Below, one piece after another: positions 12,872-24,898 of a stretch of DNA of 64,000 nt. Both the position numbers and the translations under genes were made by a program. Source of the DNA: Phyllosticta citribraziliensis (Eukaryota); assembly GCF_038025025.1 (NCBI RefSeq), contig NW_027117340.1:1550001-1614000 (forward strand), given 5' to 3'. Numbering within the stretch: the stretch's first letter is position 1; each line of letters opens with the position of its first letter. Below the pieces are notes generated by a model. That model was given only the letters and a program-made list of their open reading frames with translations. It was not told where the DNA came from and made no database searches.

Positions 12872-14416
12872 ATGGCCACCAAGGTCAACAACATTCCCGC
12901 TCCGGACGATCTGGTCCCGCCAGCTGTCAGCAGGCGTTCTCGTGAGTTTTGCCGTCGCAGACTCTTCCGCTCCGTCGTGGCGCTGACCTGACCGCAAACC
13001 AGGTCGCCGAAGCTCAACGGTTCTCAACCCCCGAACCTACGTCGATGCCGCGATATGGACTCAGACGCCGGTGCTCAAGGGCTCGACCGCATTCGATCCG
13101 CTCTCCGACACGCAGAATATAATGGTCACTGGAGGAGCGGGCTTCATGTACGTCGAGTCGCCCACGCGACTGTGGATCCGGGGAGTGGAGCGCGATGCGC
13201 TTGCTCCCCCGCGACCTCTGCACGGCTAACGACAGGAACAGCGCATGCTGGTTTGTTCGCCATCTCGTCTTGACCTACCCGGCAAACTACCACGTCTTCT
13301 CCTTTGACAAACTGGACTACTGCGCATCGCTCAACAACACGCGGATCCTGGATGGCTGCCCCAACTTTACCTTTGTGCAGGGTGACATCACGTCCCCAGC
13401 GGACGTCATGCACTGCCTTCGCACGCACAACATTGACACCATTTTCCACTTTGCAGCCCAGTCGCACGTCGACTTGAGTTTTGGCAACTCTTACCAGTTT
13501 ACCAACACCAATGTCTATGGCACGCACGTTTTGCTCGAGAGCGCCAAAGCGCATGGGATCCGGCGATTTATACACATTTCGACCGACGAGGTTTACGGCG
13601 AGGTGGCTTCCGACAAGGACGACCTCATTGAGAGCAGCTTGCTTGCTCCTACAAACCCGTACTCGGCCAGCAAAGCGGCGGCCGAAATGATGGTCAACGC
13701 CTACTACAAGAGCTTCAAGCTGCCGGTCATAATTGTGCGATCAAACAATGTCTACGGGCCGCACCAATTCCCTGAAAGTATGCCTGCCTACCCACAAAAT
13801 GCTTTGCGATACATTTGCTAATAGCCCCTTTGCGACAGAGATAATACCCAAATTCGCCATGCTGCTGCACCGAGGCCGCAAGCTTCTGCTGCACGGAGAC
13901 GGCTCGCCAACACGCCGGTACTTGTATGCTGGAGATGTCGCCGATGCTCTCGATACAATTTTCCACAAGGGCGCCATTGGGCAAATCTACAATGTCGCTT
14001 CTCGTGACGAGATTTCCAACCTGGATCTGAGCCATCGCCTTCTGAAGCTTTTCGGTCTCCCGAGCTCCACTCCGCGCGAGTTCTCAACGTGGGTTGAGCA
14101 CACGACAGACCGGCCATTCAACGACCATCGCTACGCTACCGATGGTACGAAGCTCGCTCAACTCGGGTGGCGGCAAAGGACCAGCTTTGACGAAGGGTTG
14201 AAGATTACGGTCGACTGGTATCGCAAGTTTGGGGAGATCTGGTGGGGAGACATTGGCAGAATCCTGACGCCGTTCCCGGTCGTGGAAGGGAATGAGATAT
14301 TCACGGCGGAGGAGCACGCTGCATTGGATGAGGAGCCGGCGACGGGAGAGGACGACGAGCACACGTGGAATGAACGAGCGCTATACCATCTGCAGGCGTC
14401 GGGCGGGACGGTGTAG
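12872..14416 (+). CDS. dTDP/UDP-glucose 4,6-dehydratase (extended SDR, RmlB-like), ~442 aa; introns 12942-13002, 13148-13241, 13778-13838
   Basis: Spliced VTGGAGFIA Rossmann motif, DKLDYCA, HFAAQSHVDLSF, HISTDEVYG, YSASK catalytic YxxxK, NNVYGPHQFPEK and DRPFNDHRY. Confidence 0.92.
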
Positions 14417-15093
14417 AAGCGAGCATTTGTCGAGTTCTACCGATACCCCATGGCGTTGCATTCTGTTGGACCAGAGTTTCGGGGGGCTGATGTCTCGGTC
14501 CATTGTCCTGTTGTGGTCACACTTGATGTTGGTGGAGCAGTAGAGGGGAATTAGAAGTAGTGTATAGTGCAAAGCCATGTATTTGATACGGCACAGGTCT
14601 CGGCGCCAGATGAGAAGGTGAAGAAGAGGAGCTACGGTAAGCGACCGTTTGAAAAAGTGTCGAGTCGAAACTCACGAGGGGGGGGCAGGCATAAACAGGC
14701 CAAGACGGGCCGTGGCGGCGGGTGCTGCGGCGAAAGCGGAAGGCAGAGCGGAAGCCCCCGTTCGCGTGGTTTGACTGCCCGGACCTGCGCCTGAGCCTGC
14801 GGTGGGCTGGGCTGAGAGGAAGAGGGGGGCCCGGCCAGGAGGCTAAGACTGAGACCTGCACTGCCTCACGTATCCGTATTTCGTCCTAGGAGTAGAACCG
14901 TCTCTCTCCCTCTCATCCTTCTTCTGTCCGCCCTTGACACCCCGTCATCGCCCACAGCCACGCTCCCAAGAAAGGGTCCAACAATACCTCTGGTCGCCGG
15001 TGCCCTTCGCCTTCGCAGCACCCACCACCCACCCCTCAACCATCGACCCCACAACCCTCCCGTTACCCACATCCCACACATCGATCGCCCACC

Positions 15094-16427
15094 ATGGGTC
15101 TCTTCAGCAAAAAGGACAAAGAAGCCGCCGGCGACGACTCCAATCGCAAGGCCCTTTTCGGCAACCGCAAGTCCAACAGCTCGTCGCCCGCGCCCTCGAA
15201 CCCCTATGCCCAACAGGCTGCTCCTCCGCCATACAGCGGCGGCCCAACCCCCCAGCAACGTGCTGAGAAGACCCCCGTCCCCGCTGGCGGCTATGGCGGT
15301 GGTGGTGCTGCCTTCGGAGGCACTGGTGCATACGGCCAGGACAGGTTCGGCGGCGGAAGCTCGAATGGTGGTTCCGCGCGGGCTGGTGGCTACGGCGGAA
15401 TGGGCCCTGCCGACGACACTGGAAGACAAGAGCTCTTCGGCAATGCTGCCGAGAGAGTCCAGCAGGCACCTCCTGCTCCAGCGCAGAGCGGCGTCTCTGG
15501 AACAGCTGCCCCTGGTGGCGACAGCAGCGGCTACGGGAGTTACGCTGAGCGCAAGCTGACTGCTGAGTGAGCTTGGAGAACACTTGGACAATGAAACTAT
15601 GGCTGACTGGCTTCGCAGGGAGGAGGAGGAAGAGGACATTCAGTCCACCAAGCAACAGATCAGGTTCATGAAACAGCAGGACGTTTCCTCGACGCGGAAC
15701 GCTTTGCGCCTTGCTGCCCAGGCCGAAGAGACTGGACGCGACACTCTCGGTCGTCTGGGCGCTCAAGGCGAGCGTATTCACAACACGGAGCGCAACCTTG
15801 ACCTTTCGGCAAACCAGAACAGAGTTGCTGAGGAAAAGGCTCGCGAACTCAAGACTCTCAACAAGTCCATGTTTGCGTACGTATCCGTCTTGGCGGCACG
15901 GCCGCGCCCCGTTGGCCACGACTGACAGTGACGCAGCATGCATGTCTCCAATCCTTTCACAGTTTCCAAGCGCCGCAATCAGCGTGATGAGGCCATCATG
16001 GAGACGCACCGCCGCGAGCGTGACGAGCGCGACGCCACCCGCGCTGCTGCCTACCAGACAGGGCAGCGTCAGCAGGAGTACCAGCGCGAATTGCGTGGCT
16101 CAGGCGGCGCCGGTGGCAAGGGTAACCTGGCCGAGCGTTCCAAGTACCAATTCGAGGCCGACTCAGAAGACGACGAGATGGAGAACGAAATCGATTCCAA
16201 CTTGGATGCTCTCCACGGTGCGGCCGGTCGTCTGAAGGGCCTCGCTGGCGCCATGGGCAAGGAGGTTGATGAGCAGAACACACACATTACCAGGATCACA
16301 GGCAAGGTGAGTTACACCCTCTTCCTAGCTTCTTTTCTCAATCGGATTGCTGACAACCTTTGTACAGACGGACAAGGTCGACGACCAGATTGCCATGAAC
16401 CGCGCTCGCCTGGAGCGCATCAAGTAG
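15094..16427 (+). CDS. SEC9: Sec9 plasma-membrane t-SNARE (SNAP-25-like), ~386 aa; introns 15567-15618, 15877-15936, 16307-16367
   Basis: Gly-rich N-terminus, two SNARE coiled coils (LGRLGAQGERIHNTERNLD; EMENEIDSNLDAL...GKEVDEQN) and KYQFEADSEDD linker; all introns canonical. Confidence 0.93.
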
Positions 16428-17497
16428 TGGAATCACTGGAAAAGAATGCTTCGTTGACCTACTCCAGGAAAATCGTTGCAAGGGACGGCGTTTTGCGGGC
16501 ATCAATTCATATCAATTTCTCGTCTCTTTTGGGCTGGGCATGAACAGGACTACCACCTAATTCCTGCTTACGAGGCATTTTTGGTTTATTCGCGCTGCTC
16601 CTCTAGACAAAAATCCTCTGTTCTTCGAGGAAAGACAGCCTCGTCTGTTGCTCTCCAACCAAGTGCTCTGCGATGATTCAGCTGCCTCCGTCAAACTCCT
16701 AGTGCCCACTTTGAACGTTTTGAATGCTTGAATCCTAGCAGCCACCTGTTGGTACGTGCTGTACAACGCAAAATGGGCGGCTTCGAGAAAGGAAGAACGA
16801 GAGGTGAAAAGCAAAAGGGAAAGGCAGAGGAGAGGAGGAATCGTATCCAGGATTGAACGAACCTTGACCAGCGAACAACCACAAGTTCAATTCCCACCAG
16901 AACGACAATCTGGATTATGCTTATATCAAAGAGAAGCTTTACCGGTCCGTCGCTATGCTAACTCAGTGCATAGCTTACTGATTGGTAGGTTATATGTTAT
17001 GGTAATACGGCTGCTTTTTGCGTTTATAAAGTGGTATTTGGTGTTGCTCGATCTGGGCATGCGATTGATGTTGATTTAGGCAGGAGCTGCTTTGAGAAGC
17101 TAGACGGAAGTGAATAATGGGAATATTCTCAAAAGTTGTCTTGCGAAGAGCTCGAAGCGAGTCGATCGAGTGATGCCAGTGAGTCTAGTACACAACGGAA
17201 TGCAGCGTGGCGGGCCCTGGCCCTACATACGTCATGCCCGCATTCCAGGTGGGCGCTCCCTCCTCAGAACAAGAGCCCACCCACTTTCGACATCGTCTCG
17301 TCACCTCGTTCACCACTGAAGATTGTCATATTCCTTGACAAAGCTCTTGCCTTCTGCGCCTCTGCTCTGAGCACAAACCACACCTCTTGCCAGCACCTCG
17401 CCTCTCACCAACACATCCTCCAAACCGTAGCCGCAAACCCAACCTATATCCACTCGTCAACTACAGAGCCAAAGACTCCGTAGCAGCAGCGACAACC

Positions 17498-18079
17498 ATG
17501 TCCTCCTCCGCGCCTCAGCAGCCTCCCACAGCAGCCGCATACGCGCAATCCAACAACCCCGTCTCGCGCAACCCAGCTGAGTCCTCGACCTCCACCTCCG
17601 GCACAAACACAAACACAAACACAACGACCGAAGCACACCGTACGGCCTCGTCCGCACCATCCACAGGCATCCCCACGTCGCTGGCGCGCGGCGTGCACGG
17701 CACCGCAGCCGAAGCAGGCGCAGACAAAGCAGCGAGCGAGGTAGGAGCAGGACAAGACGACGCAGAGCAAATGGCAGCGCCGGGCGAAGGCGCCGTCGCG
17801 GACGCGGTGGTAGATGGACAGGGCAAGAGCGGCGCCGCGGGGGCGGGTGGCTTGGGCACTGAGGAGGATCTGGGACGGTGCGTTGATCTGCTCTCTTTTC
17901 TCTCTCTTTCGGGCTTGGTATGGTCAGAAGAGCTCCAGGCTAACGACTTGTCCGCGTGCTCCAGGAAGAAAGCAGAGCAGGCGCCGCTGCGCGAGGCCGT
18001 CAAGCAGGAGAGGAAGCACGACGTTGATGTCGGCGGCGTTTTGGGGCAGAGAGGGGGCCCGGCGAATCCGGTGCACTGA
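17498..18079 (+). CDS. Small hydrophilic hypothetical protein, ~164 aa; intron 17878-17964
   Basis: Good start context (ACAACCATGT), Ala/Gly/Thr-rich coding bias; GTGCGT...GCTAAC...CAG intron joins EEDLGR|KKAEQ. Confidence 0.7.
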   Translation: MSSSAPQQPPTAAAYAQSNNPVSRNPAESSTSTSGTNTNTNTTTEAHRTASSAPSTGIPTSLARGVHGTAAEAGADKAASEVGAGQDDAEQMAAPGEGAVADAVVDGQGKSGAAGAGGLGTEEDLGRCVDLLSFLSLSGLVWSEELQANDLSACSRKKAEQAPLREAVKQERKHDVDVGGVLGQRGGPANPVH

Positions 18080-18814
18080 ATGGGCAGAGGACTGAGCGAA
18101 GGAAGACCTATAATGAAGAGTTTCGGGTGGGATGAATGGAAAGATAGAGAGACGAGGGCATGGGAATGAGTGGACCAAAATAGGCTTACTGGGACGGGCC
18201 AAAGGGTGAAGTACTGGGATATGCGGCGAGATGGAAGGAAATTTATTGCTTCCATGCACGATTGAGGCTACCACGTCCCCAAATCATTATGGTATTGACG
18301 CAGGCAGGTAGTCCACCTAACGTCTTTTCGTCCCATCCGCCCTCCGGGCCTGCCAATTCCCTGCCTAGGGTTCCGCATGCCTGCCTGCTTCTCGCCCACT
18401 CGCTTTACAGCAGCCTATATGGATAGACACTGGGCCAGCGGCAATGCAACCTTTTGTTCCTCATTGTCTCCTCGCGATCCATGCCCGGCTCCTTTTGATA
18501 TCCCAGAAAAGGTGCGGGTTCTTCTTAGCCTGGGGGCGTGCTGGCCTTGTACGTCCAAGTAAGACTGGTGACATGATATATGGATGTGTTGATGTTGAGC
18601 CTTGCTTCAGTCCTTGGCTCGGTATTATTTCACCGTTTCTGGCAGCGTGTGTAGCAGAGTCGCTTCTGTGAGCGAGACTTTGGCGATGGGGCTTTGACTT
18701 TTTGGACAAGTGGGCTCCGATGTTGGGGCTCGCGGAGAAGAATTGACTCCCTGCCTTTTACAGACAAGGGGGAGAGGGAACGTTGTGAAGTCTCCAGGAC
18801 GAGATTCTGGACGC

Positions 18815-19642
18815 TCAAGTCTCCATGACTGTGTCTTCGGATTCATGTGTCGTGGGCGGCAGAGGAGGAGGCGTCTGCTCGGGCGTTGTTTGCCTCGCAT
18901 TCTTGCTGCTGCCGTTTGCTGATGATTCGGCTTTTGCGACGGCCTTTTCCGACGTTTGCTTGATCCAGTCATGTAGCGACTCGGGCCCGCCCTCGATGCG
19001 CACGTGCTTGTCTTCTGCGGGAATACCGAGGACAGTACCCTGGAAGCGCGACTCTTCGCCCGTTTTGCTGTGCTTCTTTTTGAGCGCTGTTGTCCGATTA
19101 GCGATCGGACGACAAAATCATACCGGCCATCACTCACAAGTCAAGTAGTCCTCTCTCAGTGCGTTAGCACCCGGAGCCACGTCCAATGCCTTGCCTGCAC
19201 CTGTGCTGACGTCCAAGCCCGCTACTCTCATGATTTCCTTGTTCGCCGGGCCCATAACCCAATCGATGAATTCGCGGACGTCGGCCGTGTCTTCGAGGTC
19301 TCGCCGCCGGGCCTCCTTCATGCGCATGCCATTGCGTTCTGGGTAGTCCGACAGGGGCTTCCGAAGCACCTCTTTCCACGCCTCTTCGGCGCCCGTCGTG
19401 GACGGAATGAGCAGGCCGGCGTCGGACATGGCCATGCGTACGTCGGTCAAGGTCGGTGCCGGATCGTTGTGATTACTCCACGAGTGGTAGGCAGTGCGCT
19501 GGGCCAGCAGAAGCATGTATCGCGCGGCAATGTCGGAGACGGCATCGACGACTGAGGGTCGCGCGCTGTGGTAGCCAGCAGCGCGTAGAATGTGGAGGAT
19601 GGCGGGACGGAGTAGTGCGGCGTGGAGCTCTTGAGCAGACAT
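18815..19642 (-). CDS. Bromodomain-associated (BTP, histone-fold) protein, TFIID subunit TAF3-like, ~258 aa; intron 19137-19087
   Basis: N-terminal histone-fold-like sequence LLRPAILHILRAAGYHSARPSVVDAVSDIAARYMLLLA; spliced EDYLT|SLKKKHSKTGEESRFQGTVLG. TAF3 versus TAF8 identity is inferred. Confidence 0.8.
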
Positions 19643-19968
19643 GACGGCGGAGTGAGAGCGATTATCGACAGATCATGCTGGAATTTCGCGGAAACAATTG
19701 GCGGTGGTCGTGAAGAATGGGACTGGAGAGTAGCGGTGGTGGATTGGTGTCGGTCCAGACGCAAAGTAGAGCTCCCGCGCTCATGTAGTGCGTATCAAGT
19801 CTTGGCGCGGCTCCGAACGTCACCCACCCATCTTGCTGAGGCAATTCCTGTCCTGCCTGGTCCACGACTCACAACTGTTCCTGGGCGCCTTCCGCCGCCA
19901 GACTGTCCAGCCCGAACCCACCGACGAGCCCTGCAAACTTTAAAGTGTCGCCGATTCCCTATCCCGAC

Positions 19969-21681
19969 ATGTCCTCTCCCAACAACCCACGACCGACAAT
20001 CATGAAGCTCAAGCTCAACTCCGGATCCAAGACTGGAGCCGCCGGCGCCTCTGACGCTGCCGCACAATCCCCCTCTGTCCAGACTCCTAGCGCGCAGACT
20101 CCCGGTGGCAGCAACAAGATCAAGATCAAATGGGGCGGCCAATCCGCCCAGAACACGCCCGTCAGCGAGAATCCACCACCTGCACCCGCACCGCAACCCG
20201 CCGCTTCACAACCGCCCGCAAAACCTAAGCGCAAATACACAAAAAAGGCCGACAAGGAAAAGGCTGCCGGCGAAGGCACGGCTGCCGCTGTCAAGCCCAC
20301 GAGTCCAAAAGCGTCCCGCAAGAGGAAGAATGAAGGAACAGAAGATGGCGCGACGGCATTGGTCAAGAAGTCGAAGCCGTCATTGGCGCTCAAGACAGCA
20401 TTCTCTTCTGCCGCGGCTGCAAACACGAAAATGTCTCTAAAGATTCGCAACATGCAACCAAAGACTCCGACGGTTACAAGGCTTAAGGTCAAGCATGCTG
20501 GAAAGCCTCCGCCACGTTTGCCAGGCTACGGCTACGACAGCGAAGACGACGAAGCAGAGGAGGATCCTTCCATTGAGCATGCATTTATATTGCGTATGAT
20601 GCCAGGTCCGGACTGCGATTATCTTGCCAAAGCAATCAGCGAGAAAAAGGTCGGCGTGTCGCTCAAGGAAGGCGGCGCGGACGTCTCATTCCGCTTTTTT
20701 GACCGAGACGGTCGGCGGGCTTGCGTTACCATCAAAGGAAATCACTACGCAGCATCACTGCTTGATCTACCATGCGTGGTTGAGGGAATGAAGAGTTGGG
20801 AGCGAAAAGGTGCTTGGTACAAGACGACAGATATTTGCCAGCTTCTATTAGTCTGGGCGCAAGTGGACAAGGAGGAGGAGGCAAGAACAAGGCCGCTGCC
20901 CAAGGAGATTGACGACAAGACATGGCAATACCCGCACGGTCTCACGCCGCCTATGCACTACGTGCGCAAACGCCGCTTCCGTCCGCGTGTGGCCCGCCAT
21001 GTCATAGACGCCGTTGAAGAAGAGCTCGAAAGACTCCTTACAGCAGACAAACAAGCCAAAGAAGCCGGAGGCGAATCAGTCTACGAGCTCGTCGACCCGA
21101 ACAAGCCCGACGAGCCCGACGACGACGGTGCTTTCGAGGAGTTGTTGGCGCAGCAAGCCCAATCCGCCGTGGACGAGGAAGGCTCTTTCCTCGACGCCGA
21201 GGGCGAAGATGTCGACGAGGACGCCCTCACGGCCATGATGGAGCAGCAGCTCGAAGCCGAAGACGAGCCCATGGCCAGCGTCGAAGCTCCGCCCACGGCC
21301 AACGACATCGACGCCGCTCACGTTGTCGCAGCGCAAGCACTCGGCGGCGACCTTGAAGTTGGCACGCCTACTGGAGCCGAAGGCGAGACCCCTGGCGCGT
21401 CGGCGGCCGGCGGCGACACGGAGCAAGAGGCGACTTCTGGGTCCGACGCCGACGACGACGATGACGACGAAATCGATGAGGTGGCGCTGGCGGCGCAGGA
21501 GGAGAAGGCACAGCTGCGCGAGGAGGTGGCCGACCTCAAGCGCGAGGTTGACAATGCCAAGCAGCAAATGGAGCGTCAAAATAACCCGCTGCTCAAGCAG
21601 CGCCTCATGGCCAAGGTTAAGAGCTTGCAGAGCGACTTGGAGCTCAAAAGGGCTAGTCTGGGCGACGATGACGATGAGTAG
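19969..21681 (+). CDS. TAF7: TFIID subunit TAF7 (TAFII55 N-terminal domain), ~570 aa, intronless; alternative ATG at 20002
   Basis: IEHAFILRM, LLDLPCVVEGMKS, YKTTDICQLLLV, YPHGLTPPMHYVRKRRFR, followed by an acidic region and a C-terminal coiled coil. Confidence 0.92.
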   Translation: MSSPNNPRPTIMKLKLNSGSKTGAAGASDAAAQSPSVQTPSAQTPGGSNKIKIKWGGQSAQNTPVSENPPPAPAPQPAASQPPAKPKRKYTKKADKEKAAGEGTAAAVKPTSPKASRKRKNEGTEDGATALVKKSKPSLALKTAFSSAAAANTKMSLKIRNMQPKTPTVTRLKVKHAGKPPPRLPGYGYDSEDDEAEEDPSIEHAFILRMMPGPDCDYLAKAISEKKVGVSLKEGGADVSFRFFDRDGRRACVTIKGNHYAASLLDLPCVVEGMKSWERKGAWYKTTDICQLLLVWAQVDKEEEARTRPLPKEIDDKTWQYPHGLTPPMHYVRKRRFRPRVARHVIDAVEEELERLLTADKQAKEAGGESVYELVDPNKPDEPDDDGAFEELLAQQAQSAVDEEGSFLDAEGEDVDEDALTAMMEQQLEAEDEPMASVEAPPTANDIDAAHVVAAQALGGDLEVGTPTGAEGETPGASAAGGDTEQEATSGSDADDDDDDEIDEVALAAQEEKAQLREEVADLKREVDNAKQQMERQNNPLLKQRLMAKVKSLQSDLELKRASLGDDDDE

Positions 21682-21998
21682 CGGAGTTGCGTGATGATGC
21701 TGGCTTGCGCCATCATTCTTTTGATTTCGCCGTGTTATACCCTTTTCGAATGGAGTTGGGGCTTCTACGGACATGGCATGGCGTTGAAAGGGTTTGGGCT
21801 CCCAAATCGAGAATGGGCAATGGGTTCCCCGAGGACACACATGATAGTCAATTCATAAAGTCTGGCATTTTTATCTTCCTGCCTCTTTCTGTTTTCAAAA
21901 GGTTTGATTGAATCACTTGTTCGCTATTTTGGTACAGTTCGTAGGCCTCATTATTCGCCCTCAAGTTTCTCCCACCACGCCGCTAAGGGTCCAACGTC

Positions 21999-23112
21999 TT
22001 AAATCTTGGCCGCCTTAGACCCTGGCTCCCCAACAATGTTCAAAAAGGCTTGGTGTACATGCTCTGTCAAGTCACTGGCCTGCAGCGCCCTGCCCTTGTC
22101 CTTAAAGGCCAGGCGTGACGCTTCCCTTGTGATGGAGCTGCCGCCATAAGCAGCCAGGGCGAGCAGCTCGCTCGCGCTCAGGTCACCATCGTGGTCCCAG
22201 ATGCGGTCCAGGTAGGCTTTACGCCAGGCCAAGAAGGTCGCCAGGCTGCCGGTCAGAGTATCGCCCTGGCCACCGCTCCTCTTCAAGCCACCCTCGCCGT
22301 CGCCGACGAGCGTAAACTCGCCATTCGAAATGTAGTCTTGCGAGCCCTTTTGGATGATCAAGACGCCGCCAAACGCCTTGGCCAGTTTCTCGCACAGCTT
22401 GGTCGGATCGCCGCCGCTCACATCAATGCCCTTTGCCTTGGCCAGCCGGCCAAACTCGACCACGTTGGGCGTCAGGATACACTCCTTGTAGCCCTGGACG
22501 AGCTCCGGCCGCGTCTGCGCCAGGTACAGTCCGTCAGCGTCGAGCACAAACGGCATGTTTTTCGCGCGCGCCTCCTTGATGACGGCCGCACACACGTCCT
22601 GCATTAGCTGGTCGCGCCCCAGCCCGGGTCCGATGACGACGACGTGCAGCCGTGACAGCATTGAGATGACTTGCTCGCTGACGCTCGATGCCGTCTCGTC
22701 GCTGCCCGCGTTCTTTGATTGCCGCATGTACGGGTGCACCATCAGATTTGGCGAGTATGTTTTTATCACGGCACCGGCGCCGGGCTCGCAGATGACATGG
22801 GACTGGACCAGCATTAGTTGAATTGTGAGACAGTCGGGAGAGGACATTGACGTACCATGTCTGCGCCTAGCTTTGCGGACGCCATGGCGGAAAAGTACGG
22901 GGCGCCGGTGTAGTCTTCACTACCTCCTATGACGGCTACGCGTCCCAATTGACCTGGTCCGATTGTTAACATACAGTGCGGACTTGGGGTTGCTATTTGA
23001 ACGACTTCTTGCCTTTGTGGAAGCTCTCGAGCATGGGCGGAACCATCTTGTATACCTTAGACAGGAGCTCTTTTCTCGAAGAGGCCGCCATGGTTTGTGA
23101 ATCTTGAGACAT
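21999..23112 (-). CDS. NAXD: ATP-dependent NAD(P)HX dehydratase (YjeF C-terminal/carbohydrate kinase family), ~333 aa; introns 23012-22954 (GC-AG) and 22855-22803; alternative start 23091
   Basis: [50 protein letters not shown] and [12 protein letters not shown]. Confidence 0.93.
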
Positions 23113-23361
23113 GCGAGACTGGTAGAGAGAAGGAGGAGCGCAATTGCAGGTCAACTCGTGAGATAGAAGAGCGCGACAAAGCGGGTGAGGTGTTGGAGTG
23201 GTGTGTTTAAGTCAGTGGTCAAGAAGGAAGCTATGTCCCGACATGGAAGTGCCGTGCTGTCGGAATAACCACGTCATAGCGGGGCTGGAGACAAGCCACA
23301 GCTGTGGCGTTGTTGACGTCTGCGTGATATTCGACGTGCACCATCGGATCCCCCACCACAG

Positions 23362-23856
23362 CAGTGGGTGTCGGAAGAAACGAGACTCTCACGATCTATC
23401 TGCGGCAATGAACGAATAGTAGTAGTAGCAGATGAATGCTCCTGAATGGTAATCTTAGGAGCGAATGAACGCTTCCCAGGTGTACTTCTATTGCCAGGAG
23501 GTCTAATTTCAATGGGTGTCGAAAGAATTGAGACTCCCACGGTCTGGCTGCGACAATAATTGACTGCTTCTTAAGCACAAATATAGTGGTCCAAAAATGC
23601 TCCCTAAATGTAACCACAGGAGCGAATGAACGCTCCCTAGACGCACTTATATTGCTGAGAGGTCCAATTTCTTTCGACACCCACTATACCACCACATCAA
23701 CACATACACGAGCTTCACTGGTTTTCCTGTACCACAGTGGGCGTCGAAAGAAATAAGACCTTCTGGCAGTATGAGTGAGTGCACTTAAGGAGCATTGATT
23801 CACCACTACAGTCACGCTTAGGGAGCAGTCGTTTACTGCTGCAGCCAGACACCGAT
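23362..23856. mobile_element. Cluster of three MITE-like copies: A 23362-23509 (truncated), B 23510-23686 (complete, 177 bp), C ~23735-23856 (degenerate)
   Basis: Copy B has a perfect 15-nt inverted repeat TGGGTGTCGAAAGAA (23513-23527) / TTCTTTCGACACCCA (23669-23683), and its right end is followed by TA. A and C begin CAGTGGGTGTCGGAAGAA and CAGTGGGCGTCGAAAGAA. A and B share internal GGAGCGAATGAACGCT. Confidence 0.65.
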
Positions 23857-23998
23857 GGGCCAGTGGCTTCGCACACTCCGTTTTGATTGTGGATACCGTC
23901 ATCTAGCTGTAATTCAACCAGGCCATGAAGCATGCGTCCTTTTCCAACCTGAACTACCAAATTTTTGATACTCCCAAAGTGCTTGTTCCTCAACTCAT

Positions 23999-24898
23999 TC
24001 AAGCCGGAGAAAACGGCATGTCGCCACGCTCTCTGAGGTCCTTCCTGAATCCAACCTGCCACTTACCCGCCGTGAGGTCGGCGAGCTTCTTCTTCAGCTC
24101 GCCGTGGTGGCGGGCGATCTGAATCGCACTCTTGTTGATGACCTGGAGAGCACGATCGAACTCGTTGGCGCGACCGCTGCTGCTGGAAGGGGTGGTGTCG
24201 TGCTTGATGGGGCCCTCGCAAGTGTTGGTCGACGTCTGATTCGCGCAACTGTGGTTGAGCGTGTCTGGAAAAAGCAGAGCGTGATTGTAGACGGGGTCGC
24301 GGTTGTTGGGGTTTTCGTTGTTGGCGTGGATGTTGCGAGAAGCGTCGAGGTTATTGGTGCCATGTTCAGCGGCAGTATCGAATTTGACGCTGTATTCATC
24401 CTGGACCGAAATTCTGCCCTTGTCCTTGATCTCGTCCTCCTTGCCCATCTTGGTCTTGACGTCGGCGACAAACGCCGTCAAGCCGCAAAACTCGAAGACC
24501 GCGTCGCGGCAAACTTTCCATTTGATCGAACGGGCCTCCTTCTTGTCGTGGCGCCTGGCCAGCTCGCGGTGGCGCTCGAGGAATTGTTTGATGTTTTCGG
24601 AATCCTTGACCAGCTCACCAAGCAGCTGAATGGTGCCGGCAATGGCGTCGGAGAGGTACCAGATCTTTTCAATATCCAGCTCATTGATCTCGCGACGGTC
24701 GTCAATCTCGATGTGCAGAAGATGAATCAGCTTCTCGGCGGAATGGAATTGCTTGCGCAAGTGGGCTTCGAGCGCTTTGGTGTCGCCGGCAGACGGCTCG
24801 GACGAGACAACCTCGCGAAACTCTTGGGCCGCAGATTGGCGATCGGAGCGGTGCTCTTCAAAGTTGGGACACGAGGTAGGAGTCGGCATTGACGCCAT
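23999..24898 (-). CDS. Orphan hypothetical protein, 299 aa, charged and likely helical; 3' end uncertain (GTAAGT donor-like site at 24066)
   Basis: Long ATG-initiated ORF with GC3-rich codons like the neighbouring real genes; no family motif recognised. Confidence 0.6.
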   Translation of the reverse strand: MASMPTPTSCPNFEEHRSDRQSAAQEFREVVSSEPSAGDTKALEAHLRKQFHSAEKLIHLLHIEIDDRREINELDIEKIWYLSDAIAGTIQLLGELVKDSENIKQFLERHRELARRHDKKEARSIKWKVCRDAVFEFCGLTAFVADVKTKMGKEDEIKDKGRISVQDEYSVKFDTAAEHGTNNLDASRNIHANNENPNNRDPVYNHALLFPDTLNHSCANQTSTNTCEGPIKHDTTPSSSSGRANEFDRALQVINKSAIQIARHHGELKKKLADLTAGKWQVGFRKDLRERGDMPFSPA

